Shown here piece by piece: positions 19,101 through 27,946 of a DNA stretch of 64,000 bases. A program made the position numbers and the translations under genes. How positions within the stretch are numbered: position 1 is the first letter of the stretch; the number at the start of each line of letters is the position of its first letter. This stretch comes from Candidatus Cloacimonadales bacterium. GTDB taxonomy: Bacteria > Cloacimonadota > Cloacimonadia > Cloacimonadales > DAONDQ01. Under the pieces are notes generated by a model. It saw only the letters and a program-made list of their open reading frames with translations. It was not told the DNA's origin and searched no databases. The DNA lies in assembly GCA_963662275.1 (NCBI GenBank), contig OY759316.1, positions 2,592,001-2,656,000 of the forward strand. The letters are read 5' to 3'.

Positions 19101-20448
19101 CATTTCTATTATCATAGAAGATGAAAGCGTTAAGGATGCTTTGACGATTAGTTGTATTCCCGGTCACTTAATCAAAAGGTATAAGACAAATTTACTCAGG
19201 CTTACAGATTTTATCAATTTCAGTCCTCGGGACAACCAGCTTCCTTTCATTGATAATGCGGTTGATTTCATAGCTGATACTTGGATGGAAATTGGTAATC
19301 TCAATTCTACAACACCCAACGGTAGATTCGGCAAGACTCATTACTACCTTAAACCTTCCTCTCTTCAATTTATCTCTAATGAGTCAAATAGAGACAATTG
19401 TCACTTTTCCTGGATAGAACCTGACCTGCTTTTTAACCCTGTGATTGATATCAGCCATCACAGTGATTCTGATGTTCAAACAGCACATGCTCTTGCCTAT
19501 CCTTTTTATATCAATCCAAGGTTTGATCTGATAATCCGCCATAAAGATGCTAAAGATGCTAAAGATGATAAGGTGAAATATCATTTCGGTTCGACAACGA
19601 CAGAAGATTACTTCACATTTTTCATGGAGCTATTGTTTAAGAATAGGTCTATTAGGAATTCCGTGGCTGAATTTATAAGCAATGCAAGTGAATCAAGTAT
19701 AGGATATCAAATAAATGATATTCCTTTTGCACAGAAAGATACAGAGGATATTACAAACCATACTTTTATTTCCAGAAACTGGTTTTCATCACACCAGCAA
19801 TTTATTGATATTTTAAAAAGCAATTTATCCCCAGAAGAATTTAGTAATATGTGTTTTAAATATATCGTTCCAAAAGTATTCTCTTATTCAACCTGGTATT
19901 TAGGCGTACCACTTAATAGTCCGCGAAAAGACAGAGCCTGTGAGATTATTGTCAAAATGACTGAATATCATGATTTAGCGAATTTCCAACTGAATGGCAT
20001 CGGTATTCAATTGGGAAATTACGCTTTCAGGGATGAATGTTATAAATATTACCCTCATTTAGCATATCATGAAATTCTAACCGGAATAGGGAACATCCAT
20101 TCTTTCCGTGATAATGCAAATCATAATAGTACCGGTATTCCTTTGGCTTCCATGGATTGTTTTTATGAATTAATTACTCCCATTGGAGGTTTGCTGCAAA
20201 ATGTACATCAAATGCTCAAATCCACTATGTCATCTTGTCCTTTGAATAGCGATCTAATATCAAGGATTATTGGTCAAATTACTAATATTTTCACAGCATA
20301 TACCTCGGACAATTTATGTAATGAATGCTATTTCAATTATCTGACAAATATAAATAGAGAAAAGTTATCTCGACGAGCCTGTGATTGTTGGTTAGGTGCG
20401 TTATTCGGTTTAGTACAATCAGATTGTCCCGAGGAAAATAATTGTTAG
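16150..20448 (+). CDS. Large KaiC/RAD55-like double RecA-fold ATPase with solute-binding-protein-like C-terminal region
   Basis: 'TGISGLNQLLMGG', Walker A GESGVGKT, 'YFILEQ', Walker B 'IIVIDSIN', 'EYFCDVV', 'RYIELIESRFQ...GRHPF'; second degenerate domain 'GEKGCNKS...RRLVLDN...IADNI'; AGGAGG RBS 15 nt after the upstream stop. Confidence 0.7.
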   Translation: MGTTKILKYNQESINFLRSLEEHVNKAYTTDRNSTAKENTGKIKELQRRHVGWTMISFEDDFVTKLTEIRLNQAETNNEEEKIINEIDQYLLMLSLLDNIFYGYPSERSMEDCNGKPINNHLNNWVRTFYHLTLINNKAGDDVDKKKAHAYEIQILIKDFISIPKDFASSYFGYDTGISGLNQLLMGGFLLPEDSTAMITVDGESGVGKTTFVVNLVCAILKNCGDTVFKHNRDTIIHKHAERLPIFIDYFILEQSYNNIKRCITNFNLLPILKDTHDVVTANPIDPKDTVYYAEELDGLLNICQKNSRKLVMSIHPVPMCSAADLLQQVQKCEEPFQAKSVLEDRHIIVIDSINAVLDMDIEQSKWRQVLQALRSILGGKKSKCPNEGKNKKENNTILILTQEKDPSKKDTMVEYFCDVVMGFEKKNINGEYLRYIELIESRFQDMCFGRHPFHFSTKGQASFGIYPSASALMELIPNQLKQIQPDKKTLEFGIKIDGILKFFVNTHLKNSGMKPYFLKNSVSNLNGEKGCNKSAFSKFFTLSSYRDERWISMSERAFENDLYETEVTDKECYHEMNYSEKEADKIWNEIKEMKPYPKSYNPANPSETEKHCNPIDKAIGMIVKFGENYEENEHDVVIDAPWGKVIIPANALKVEPKFWGRVSDVICHFEVKNFSEEYYLEQIMDVIRAIESYHVYEEIPKTFENLLRRMKLSRILWEKTSLREPEVEATPNNVEFSPSFAIYKDKDYINDNSNVKVEDRNIYNSSIFFYHESLPIKVRRLVLDNTENLIDIFKQIDAQDFITTITHFGLAKGITILIVNQVGRGSRNQINDICNAIADNIFEFQREYFCGGWYSVLHIKRSSNSWHNRMYYNIYKRHDELLELQDTFSFISSFHNELKELIPIRLFLPGKSQAEIDMYANLSIALNPSNRDFPDMNYSIERDKRLPYKDSHEQWHTYLKEMIIYSMTHPQVEVIKASDPFTDISIIIEDESVKDALTISCIPGHLIKRYKTNLLRLTDFINFSPRDNQLPFIDNAVDFIADTWMEIGNLNSTTPNGRFGKTHYYLKPSSLQFISNESNRDNCHFSWIEPDLLFNPVIDISHHSDSDVQTAHALAYPFYINPRFDLIIRHKDAKDAKDDKVKYHFGSTTTEDYFTFFMELLFKNRSIRNSVAEFISNASESSIGYQINDIPFAQKDTEDITNHTFISRNWFSSHQQFIDILKSNLSPEEFSNMCFKYIVPKVFSYSTWYLGVPLNSPRKDRACEIIVKMTEYHDLANFQLNGIGIQLGNYAFRDECYKYYPHLAYHEILTGIGNIHSFRDNANHNSTGIPLASMDCFYELITPIGGLLQNVHQMLKSTMSSCPLNSDLISRIIGQITNIFTAYTSDNLCNECYFNYLTNINREKLSRRACDCWLGALFGLVQSDCPEENNC

Positions 20449-20614
20449 AAGTTTTTGATAAAATTCGATGCTCAAACATAATTTAGATAAATACTAGTAC
20501 CTTGATAAGTATCACTTTACACTAGATTGGGGAGTCTCTGTATTGTGTAAACTATCTATCCTTTGCATCAGCAAGCATTTCATGAATTTTCTATACACTT
20601 GGATTTTCGGAATC

Positions 20615-21955
20615 CTAATTAAGATGCATGATTTTACGAACCTGAGTTTCCTCTCCTTGTATAGTTTTCAGGAAATAGATACCAGATGCCAGATCTTTTT
20701 CATTAATGTTCAATACCTGGTTGGGAAAAGCATCTACAGATTTAACAAGTTGACCTTTTAAATTATACAGGCGTAGAGTCACACTAGTGTTTGATCTGCT
20801 CTTGATCATCAAATGCAAATCAGTTGTAAAAGGATTTGGAAATACGGTTACTGTCATCCTCTGAACAGAAGGAATATTACTATCATCATTCAATGTTGGA
20901 GGTTGCCATGTAGTGGTAATCCGTTGCTCATATTCAGGGACAGAGTTATTCAAATGATAAGCTGTTTCCACAATTTGGTTACCGTCCTGTGAAACAGCAA
21001 ATTCCTTTGATTGATAATTTACCCAATTCGGATCTGAAAAAGTTTGGGTAGTGATGGTGGATAGATGATTATTTTCATAAGTAAAGAGCAATTGATTTTG
21101 CATTAACCAATCATGGTCATACCAGCTCTGATCAAGAAGATCATCAATCAAGGGAAAACTCTGATTCGATAAAATCCAATCATAAGGGTTATCTGTTTGT
21201 CCAATGATATCGTTGATAGAGCCAACAGACACTTCCAAGCCTTTTCCAAGAGTTATTGGTAAAAGATGGGAAATCAAATTGATGAACGAAACACCGGTTG
21301 TTGCATCGTTCGAGTTATAAACCCTGGTCACATTCTCATAATTTACCCAATTAAGTGAGTCCTGTGATGTCAGAATCAATTCGCTAATTATCCTACCTCG
21401 GTTATCCAGTTCAAAAGAACTCTTTTTAAATATAGAGGTTTGAAAGCCAGGTTTCCAGGTATAAACTGTATCCAAATCCTGGTTATTATAGAGGATTCCC
21501 ATGCGAAGATTATCATTGAATATCCCCGTGAAGATGTCCTTATTTGCCAAATTCAGGGCAACGATTCGATTTTCAGAATCATACGATACTCTTAACCGTT
21601 GCACTGGATTCATTGGGGTAATATACACCATAGCATTCGTTACATAATGATGAGTAGGTTCATAACTGAATACAGTTTTGCTATTAATTATCCAACTACC
21701 GCTATTAATATCCCAGTTGTAGGTCAGAAGACTATCCACCGAATTGGTGACTGTGTCATTATAATAAAATTCATCCCTGGCATTTATATGCCAGCCGAAA
21801 TTATCGATAATCTCACGTACCTGGCTTAAAACCAGAGTATTACGATAATTATCTTTGACACCTGATTTCACAGCGATGCCAGAGAGATTATTACTGATGG
21901 AAAAAAATAATGTAGGAATAACAAGAAAGCTCAAAAAAAGGTAAATATTCTTCAC
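20615..21955 (-). CDS. Secreted protein with T9SS-type C-terminal sorting domain
   Basis: GTG 21955 after GGAGG; signal peptide; repeated 'W.N...' motifs; CTD 'VFPNPF...LYNLKGQLV...LASGIYFL...RKI'. Confidence 0.72.
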   Translation of the reverse strand: MKNIYLFLSFLVIPTLFFSISNNLSGIAVKSGVKDNYRNTLVLSQVREIIDNFGWHINARDEFYYNDTVTNSVDSLLTYNWDINSGSWIINSKTVFSYEPTHHYVTNAMVYITPMNPVQRLRVSYDSENRIVALNLANKDIFTGIFNDNLRMGILYNNQDLDTVYTWKPGFQTSIFKKSSFELDNRGRIISELILTSQDSLNWVNYENVTRVYNSNDATTGVSFINLISHLLPITLGKGLEVSVGSINDIIGQTDNPYDWILSNQSFPLIDDLLDQSWYDHDWLMQNQLLFTYENNHLSTITTQTFSDPNWVNYQSKEFAVSQDGNQIVETAYHLNNSVPEYEQRITTTWQPPTLNDDSNIPSVQRMTVTVFPNPFTTDLHLMIKSRSNTSVTLRLYNLKGQLVKSVDAFPNQVLNINEKDLASGIYFLKTIQGEETQVRKIMHLN

Positions 21956-22075
21956 TAATGGTACCTCCAATCTTTAATAGATTGACTTGATTGGAAATAG
22001 TATGAATGTTGTCAAGTAATTAACTATCGCAATATCAAATAAGAAATCATTCGGTTATCGGGAAGTATATTTATT

Positions 22076-22522
22076 TCAATCAGCGAACAAACTGGAAATT
22101 TTTAAACGAAGGATGTGTAAATCTGGAAAACAAATGAGGAGATAGTGGTCTATTACGAGGAAGTAAGCCCAGAAACTGATAGGTCCAAGCCTTTTAGGTA
22201 GAGCAGCATGAAATTTTGGAATAATTGATGGTAAACTTATCTGTGATTGCTGTTTTCCCCAAAAAGCGGTTTCATCGTTATGTGCTTTGGTTTTAATTAT
22301 ATGCTTACCCTCGGGGTATTCACTGATCAAAGGATTGGATGGAATCTCCTTTTTCCTTTTCGAAGGCAGCCAGGCATACAACTCCTCTACTCTACTTATC
22401 AAAGATAAATGTGCTTTCAGAGCTTTAATGGCTTTCCGTAAATCCTCCAAATCTCCGATAGTCTCTGCTTCGCTCCAGAGTAATATATCTTCATTGTCAA
22501 AAGCCAGATGCAAAGCTATCAT
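22076..22522 (-). pseudogene. Probable truncated remnant resembling the N-terminus of an SNF2/DEAD-type helicase
   Basis: 'MIALH...LLWSE...AWLPS...PSNPLI' resembles helicase N-termini from memory; has AGGA RBS and upstream TTGAC but no helicase motifs follow. Confidence 0.35.
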
Positions 22523-22601
22523 ATGAAAATCCTTTATCGAGTAAGAAGAAAGCTCTATTATGACGAGGAATAAACGTCAAGAATTGATTCCTCTATGTAA
22601 T

Positions 22602-22632
22602 TTCGAACTTCGAACTTCGAACTTCGTACTTC
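22602..22632. repeat. Heptamer tandem tract (TTCGAAC) x4
   Basis: ttcgaac ttcgaac ttcgaac ttcgtac ttc. Confidence 0.8.
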
Positions 22633-22782
22633 CCATGATCCCCGTAGGGAAGAAACATATTAACACTGGATTTTAATCCGGTGATATGATAAATGTGATC
22701 TAAAGGTCTCTCCGGAACGCTGTTTTCAAACGGCTATGCAGGTTTTAAGGCGCATTGCCATGACCCCTGCTCTGCTTGAATT

Positions 22783-22820
22783 CAATCCGTAGGATGTCAC
22801 TCTGTTAGCCCAGGAAGTCC
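22783..22820. repeat. 38-bp dispersed repeat (second copy 48824-48861)
   Basis: caatccgtaggatgtcactctgttagcccaggaagtcc vs caatccgtaggatgtaattctgctagcccaggaagtcc, 3 mismatches. Confidence 0.85.
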
Positions 22821-22960
22821 GTTCTCTGAACTGCAAATCTTCACTCTTCCATCTTCGAACTCCAAATCTTCAATCATCCATTTTCAATCTTCAATCAAAG
22901 CACTCTACTCTCCTCTCTTTCTTGGCTCTACAGAACCATAATTGAACCCCTTAATTTATA

Positions 22961-23059
22961 CCAGTTTCAATCTAGTTTCAATCCTGTTTCATTCCTGTTT
23001 CGTCAAATAGGATAGAGATTGGTAGGGGATTGGTAGGGGATTGGATTTTGATTGGTAGT
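22961..23059. repeat. 11-bp periodic tract that inverts orientation mid-way (related tract at 48991-49056)
   Basis: ccagtttcaat/ctagtttcaat/cctgtttcatt/cctgtttcgtc then aaataggatag/agattggtagg/ggattggtagg/ggattggattt/tgattggtagt. Confidence 0.75.
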
Positions 23060-23454
23060 GTCTTTGGGGTTCGAATTGTGATTATAACTATTCCAATTGA
23101 GGTTTCTGTTTCAGATGCAGAGAATCAAACTCTCTCGAAAAGATGGGCGTACTTCCGCACGCCCCTACTGCCACCCTCTCTTCATCTGAAGGGAGAAATG
23201 GGTCAGTGTGGATATTTCGGAGTGAGAGAGCATAGTGTACGCTCCAACAGAGCCACGTCTTCGGAAAAATAGAGCCACCTAATTCGGAGATGAGAGCCAC
23301 TCTTCTATTTTCAATAATTAATACAGGTAATATACAAAAAAATAAGCTATAACTAATCTTTTTGCGACGGCTGCCGTGAAGTGAGGCCGTAGGCCGAGCG
23401 AAGCGGCAGCCGTCGCCGGGAAAGTTGTAGTACCATCCCAAGTATTAACTATCG

Positions 23455-24201
23455 TTATTCTTTCTTAATGCCATTGCGTTCTCTCATTGACACTTTACCA
23501 TCGATAAAAATAGGATAGGAATCGTGTATAATCCGGTCAAGGATGGCATCGGCAAGGGTTTCCTGACCAATCTTCTCATGCCATCCTCCGGTTCTGAACT
23601 GAGAACAGAAGATCGTTGATGAGTGCTGATGCCTCGCTTCGATAATCTCCAAAAGATCTCTTGCCTCTTGTTCTCTGAGTGGTGTCAGCAGCCATTCATC
23701 AAGTATCAGCAGTTTGATCTGCTTGTATTGTTTTATGACTTTCTTAAAAATACCTTCACCTCTGGCAACTGCCAGGTCATCCAGCAATTCGGGAAGTCGT
23801 ATATATCTGACAGGATAATAGTTCCGGCAGGCTGCTATCCCGAAAGCACAACCCAGCCAGGATTTCCCGTTTCCTGATGCTCCCATAATGATTATATTCC
23901 GATTTTCGCTGATGTAACTGCAGGTTGATAAACGGATAATCTCAGATCGATCCAGCTTTCTGTCATCATGATATTCTACGTCTTCAATACTTGCCTGGCT
24001 GAACTTCAAGTTTGCCTTCTTAATTAGCCTCTGCAGTCTGTTATTTTTGCGTCTGGCCCATTCAGCATCTACGAGCAGACTGAAGCGTTCTTCGAAAAGC
24101 AAATCCTTAAATGCACCATCATGTAATTGCTGGCAGAAAGTATCAGCCATAGCACTCAAATGCATCTCGTGAAGCTTATTGACTGTTGATTGGCTGATCA
24201 T
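23455..24201 (-). CDS. istB: IS21 helper ATPase IstB
   Basis: Walker A 'GASGNGKS', 'LLILDEW', 'ADAILDRI'; 4-bp overlap with istA. Confidence 0.95.
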   Translation of the reverse strand: MISQSTVNKLHEMHLSAMADTFCQQLHDGAFKDLLFEERFSLLVDAEWARRKNNRLQRLIKKANLKFSQASIEDVEYHDDRKLDRSEIIRLSTCSYISENRNIIIMGASGNGKSWLGCAFGIAACRNYYPVRYIRLPELLDDLAVARGEGIFKKVIKQYKQIKLLILDEWLLTPLREQEARDLLEIIEARHQHSSTIFCSQFRTGGWHEKIGQETLADAILDRIIHDSYPIFIDGKVSMRERNGIKKE

Positions 24202-25742
24202 TTATTTTTCCTCCCGTAGTAGTCTGCACCTCTGGTAATACCAAAATCAGAAGCAGGATCATTCTTTGCAGTCTCTGCCGCATTATTGATCTTATCAAAA
24301 CCCGTCTTGAGTATGGTTTGGATATTTTTATAACCGGGATTGGGTGTATAAGATAATGCCCTTTGACATGCACTTTCGAGCCTCTGCACAGAATACCTGT
24401 CAGCTGATTTCAGAAGTGCCATACAGGAACGGTATCCCTGCTGTTCAACACGATAGGATGCCAGAATAGACTTAATTACGATCATCGTATGTTCCCCTAT
24501 TTCCTTTGCCCAGGAGATAAACCTCTCTGCATTCCATTCCTGATATTTCTGATGCTGTTCAGGCATATGTTCAGGGAGTGTCTGATACTGACCGGGATGA
24601 CCAAATTTCCTGACATGGGAAGCGATTCTGTTGGAGTTATAGAAAACCTCGACAACTCTGCTTGTGATGCGTACATCCACATAGTATTTTATGTATTCAT
24701 AAGGAACCGAATAGTACATCTTATCCACGCTTATATGATAATTGAACTGTACTGTTGCCTTTGACCAGGCAGCAAGCTCATATGGCGACAATGACAATGG
24801 AATAAGCATGGGCTGTTCTTCTGCCTGAAAGACACTTTCTCTGCTTCCTTCTTTCTTTTGAAAGGGCTTGGTATTGAACTCTCCCAGTTTTTCCCTGATT
24901 GACATATTGAGTTCATGAAGCGAAAAGAATGTCTGGTTTCGCAAGGCAGCAATGATCCAGGTTGAGATGACTCCAACTGTGCCTTCTGCACTGGGCTTAT
25001 CCTTTGGTCTTCTAACTCTGGCAGGTATTACCGCAGTATCGTAATAAGCAGACATTTCTCCATAGGTTCTGTTGATAACGGGAGTATACCACGACACATG
25101 GTCAACTCCCGTCTTAAGATTATCAGGAACAAGTATTTTAGTAACTCCATTAAAGTACTTGAAGCTATTTATATGAGCCTGAATCCAGCTTTCCATATTC
25201 ATGGAAAGAAAGGCTTCCACATAGGAATAACCACTGTACGGGAGGGTTGCTACAAAAACATAGGCTTTGATCGGTTCACCGGTAATGTTGTTTTTGATGG
25301 CGGCAGTCTGTCCAGCCCAGTCCACTTCCAGCTTTTCTCCTGGTTTGTGTTTTATTCGCATGGTTGCTTTTGTCTTTTGTGAGTAATCATGGTAATGTTT
25401 GCAAAATTGCGTATACTTGTAGGGAATAGCCTGATTATTCCTGCATCCCTCAGAGTATTCATGCCAGAGTAGCGACAGTGTTACACCACTCTTGGCAAGT
25501 TCCTTGTGTATGTGTTCATAATCAGGCATCTTCTGCGGGTTTGACGATAAGTAAGCCGGAAAGAGCTGCTCTTCGATCATCTCATTTGTTAATGTATCAG
25601 GAAGCGGCCATTCAAGGCTCTGGTCTGTTGCCCTTTGAATGATCATCGACACGTTATTGCGGGAACAGGATAAACTCGCCGCTATGCCTCGTCTGCTTAT
25701 TCCCTGGCTGTGTAAGCGAAGGATCTCTCGGTAATTGGTCAT
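24198..25742 (-). CDS. istA: IS21 transposase IstA
   Basis: N-terminal HTH; DDE 'EVDWAG', 'VPDNLKTGV', 'PKDKPSAEG'; ATG 25742 after GGAGG. Confidence 0.95.
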   Translation of the reverse strand: MTNYREILRLHSQGISRRGIAASLSCSRNNVSMIIQRATDQSLEWPLPDTLTNEMIEEQLFPAYLSSNPQKMPDYEHIHKELAKSGVTLSLLWHEYSEGCRNNQAIPYKYTQFCKHYHDYSQKTKATMRIKHKPGEKLEVDWAGQTAAIKNNITGEPIKAYVFVATLPYSGYSYVEAFLSMNMESWIQAHINSFKYFNGVTKILVPDNLKTGVDHVSWYTPVINRTYGEMSAYYDTAVIPARVRRPKDKPSAEGTVGVISTWIIAALRNQTFFSLHELNMSIREKLGEFNTKPFQKKEGSRESVFQAEEQPMLIPLSLSPYELAAWSKATVQFNYHISVDKMYYSVPYEYIKYYVDVRITSRVVEVFYNSNRIASHVRKFGHPGQYQTLPEHMPEQHQKYQEWNAERFISWAKEIGEHTMIVIKSILASYRVEQQGYRSCMALLKSADRYSVQRLESACQRALSYTPNPGYKNIQTILKTGFDKINNAAETAKNDPASDFGITRGADYYGRKNK

Positions 25743-25955
25743 TGCATTGACCTCCATGAATTGATTTACACTGATACAGTGCATTAATTCATGTTGGTTT
25801 TTTCTTTCAAAATAGCAAGGTGGCTCTATTTTAGCGAAGACGTGGCTCTAAAACTCCGTACAAGTGGCTCTCATTTAGAATATTATTCAGTCAGTGATAC
25901 GAGATCAAACCAGATTGCATTAGAATACAAGTTCAGAGCATTGCAGTCTAACTTT

Positions 25956-27601
25956 CAGGCATCCCCCCGTAATTTTCTTAACAATTAGTTTAGAAGCGTT
26001 TATAGTAACAGTCAAACGTTTTGCCGACTTTGAAAATCTGTTTAACATCACTGGTTGGTCAAAACTCCTAAACAGAAACTAGTGCAATTTGTAATTTACG
26101 GTAAACAGAAGAGTTGTGTTTTCACGGTAAAAGCAAAAAGCAGGTATTTTAATAAAACTTATAAAATTATGTGAGAAAATAAGATAACTATATAGAATGT
26201 CCATAATAAAACTGTACAAAAAAAGTGTCTCCGATCTTTTGTTCAAGCACTAAACCAAACCTAAGAAGGAGACACCCATGATTAATAAGAAGCAAATCAA
26301 AACCAGAGAAACCTTGCAAGTAAAATTGTTACAATTTCTGAATAATTTTAGAGAAACGCAATCTCTACCTGTGTATAAGTTCATACAGGATATCTGCTTA
26401 GGGATACTGAAAAGTAAATCTGTAATTATGCTCCAAATAGCGAAACAGCTAAATGAACCAATCACGGTTAAAAAGCTCTGCGAACGTTTCACCCGACATT
26501 TGAATAAGAAGCCCTTAGGAGATAAGCTGCAAGCGGAAATAATTAGGCATCAGTGCCAGGGTTTTGATGATGAGACAGGCATCATAGTTGATGAAAGTGA
26601 TATCGTAAAAACCAAAGCCAAAAAGATGGAGGGATTGCAGAAGGTGCGTGATGGCAGCACCGGCAGTCATGATCAGCAGGGCTATGCATTGCTGAATATA
26701 ATTGCCTATCAGGCAGGCAGTACAGGCTATGAGATAAAACCCATCAGTTCAGACCTGATAGCCCGAAACATGGAACTGGATAGCGTCTCTCAGATCATGG
26801 AAGACCGGCTAGTGGGGATTATTCTTGCAAGTGGTAACCGTGGAGTAACTATTTTCGACCGTGGCTTTGACAACCGAAATCTATTCAGCTTTCTGCATGA
26901 ACATGGACTAAGCTATATCATCAGATCAACAGGTGAAAGAAGTCTTATCATGGATGGCTGCGAACAGAACTTCATGGCAGTGGCAAAGACAGTGAAACTC
27001 GATCATACATTCAATCTGCAAGAATCAGGACAACAGATAAAATGTGGTTTAACGCGGGTGAAGCTGCGTTTGAATCCTTACCCTGTAAAATACCCTGATA
27101 CTACAGATGCCTGGCTTATTGTTGCACAGTTCAGTCCCGATGCTAGTGGCAGACAGGGATATTTCTATTTCATCTGCGACTTTCCGACACAACCTTATCT
27201 GACGGAAAATGCTATCATGGAGAAGGTTTTGCGGATGTATCGCATACGCTGGAAAATCGAAGAGGTCCATCGCCATATCAAGCAGGAATATGGTTGGGAA
27301 AAGATACAACTGAAATCATATACCCGTCTGAAAAACATGAACCAGCTGCTTCTGCTAGCTATGTGCTACCTGTATTCTCTGAAAAAGTATGCTGGCGTAT
27401 TTTTAGATGCCTTCCCAAATCTTATGAAATACTCAAATAAACAGTGGAAGCAGATATATGACTTTGTGTATTATCGTCTGTCAATGCTGATAGAGATGTG
27501 TTTTGCCACCGTGACAAGGTACAGGCTCAATCCTTTTGCAGGAAAATGGCTGGATAATCAGCAGCTAAAAATTCCTGGTTTGAAAAACGGGGGGATGTGA
27601 G
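25956..27601 (+). mobile_element. IS4-family-like insertion sequence, intact
   Basis: Terminal IRs caggcatccccccgt / acggggggatgtgag; 11-bp target duplication AGTCTAACTTT at 25945-25955 and 27602-27612. Confidence 0.88.
26278..27600 (+). CDS. DDE transposase (IS4-like, YREK motif)
   Basis: 'IIVDESD', 'IFDRGFD', 'YRIRWKIEEVHRHIKQ'; stop codon lies inside the right IR. Confidence 0.9.
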   Translation: MINKKQIKTRETLQVKLLQFLNNFRETQSLPVYKFIQDICLGILKSKSVIMLQIAKQLNEPITVKKLCERFTRHLNKKPLGDKLQAEIIRHQCQGFDDETGIIVDESDIVKTKAKKMEGLQKVRDGSTGSHDQQGYALLNIIAYQAGSTGYEIKPISSDLIARNMELDSVSQIMEDRLVGIILASGNRGVTIFDRGFDNRNLFSFLHEHGLSYIIRSTGERSLIMDGCEQNFMAVAKTVKLDHTFNLQESGQQIKCGLTRVKLRLNPYPVKYPDTTDAWLIVAQFSPDASGRQGYFYFICDFPTQPYLTENAIMEKVLRMYRIRWKIEEVHRHIKQEYGWEKIQLKSYTRLKNMNQLLLLAMCYLYSLKKYAGVFLDAFPNLMKYSNKQWKQIYDFVYYRLSMLIEMCFATVTRYRLNPFAGKWLDNQQLKIPGLKNGGM

Positions 27602-27657
27602 AGTCTAACTTTTCCTTGACAGCCTACATCTTGGACAGGAGCTTGCTTTTTTACCGT

Positions 27658-27734
27658 CGGGATGTAGCGCAGCTCGGTAGCGCGTTCGGTTCGGGACCGA
27701 AAGGTCGCTGGTTCAAATCCAGTCATCCCGACCA
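27658..27734 (+). tRNA. tRNA-Pro (anticodon CGG)
   Basis: 77 nt; acceptor cgggatg/catcccg; anticodon arm ttcgg-ttCGGga-ccgaa; T-loop ggttcaaatcc; encoded CCA. Confidence 0.96.
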
Positions 27735-27837
27735 TTTTTTTAAGCTCGAGTGCTTTGCTTCACTGCTGTGAAGTAATATGACAGATATGTTAGTAACAGT
27801 TTAATTTATGTTCTAGATATGTATGAATTGATTGTTT

Positions 27838-27928
27838 AGTAGGATCGGAATCCTACTCCATGAAAAGATTTAAGTAGGAACGGCGTCCTACTCTACGAGA
27901 AGACAGCAAGAACGGCGTCTTGCTTTAC
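27838..27928. repeat. Three same-orientation REP copies of the 1099/1222 family
   Basis: agtaggatcggaatcctactcca (27838-27860), agtaggaacggcgtcctactctac (27873-27896), agcaagaacggcgtcttgctttac (27905-27928). Confidence 0.8.
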
Positions 27929-27946
27929 AACGCAATAAGAGGTAAC

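Larger units (their letters stand above)
23207..25889 (-). mobile_element. IS21-family insertion sequence, apparently intact
   Basis: istA-istB; TG...CA ends; several subterminal 'agagccac' repeats at ~22-bp spacing at both ends; flanking duplication GTCAG (23202-23206 / 25890-25894), or GTCAGTG if the end is 23209. Confidence 0.92.

Noticed and set aside
16150..20448. Circadian clock kaiC
   Set aside because: No kaiA/kaiB, phospho-site Ser/Thr absent, second P-loop degenerate, large extra domains.
23030..23441. ORFs 23030-23272 (+) and 23088-23441 (-)
   Set aside because: They run across repeats and the IS21 end; no recognisable protein features.
27658..27734. tRNA-anchored integrative element
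   Set aside because: No duplicate of the tRNA 3' end noticed and no adjacent integrase; downstream genes look like core ABC exporters.
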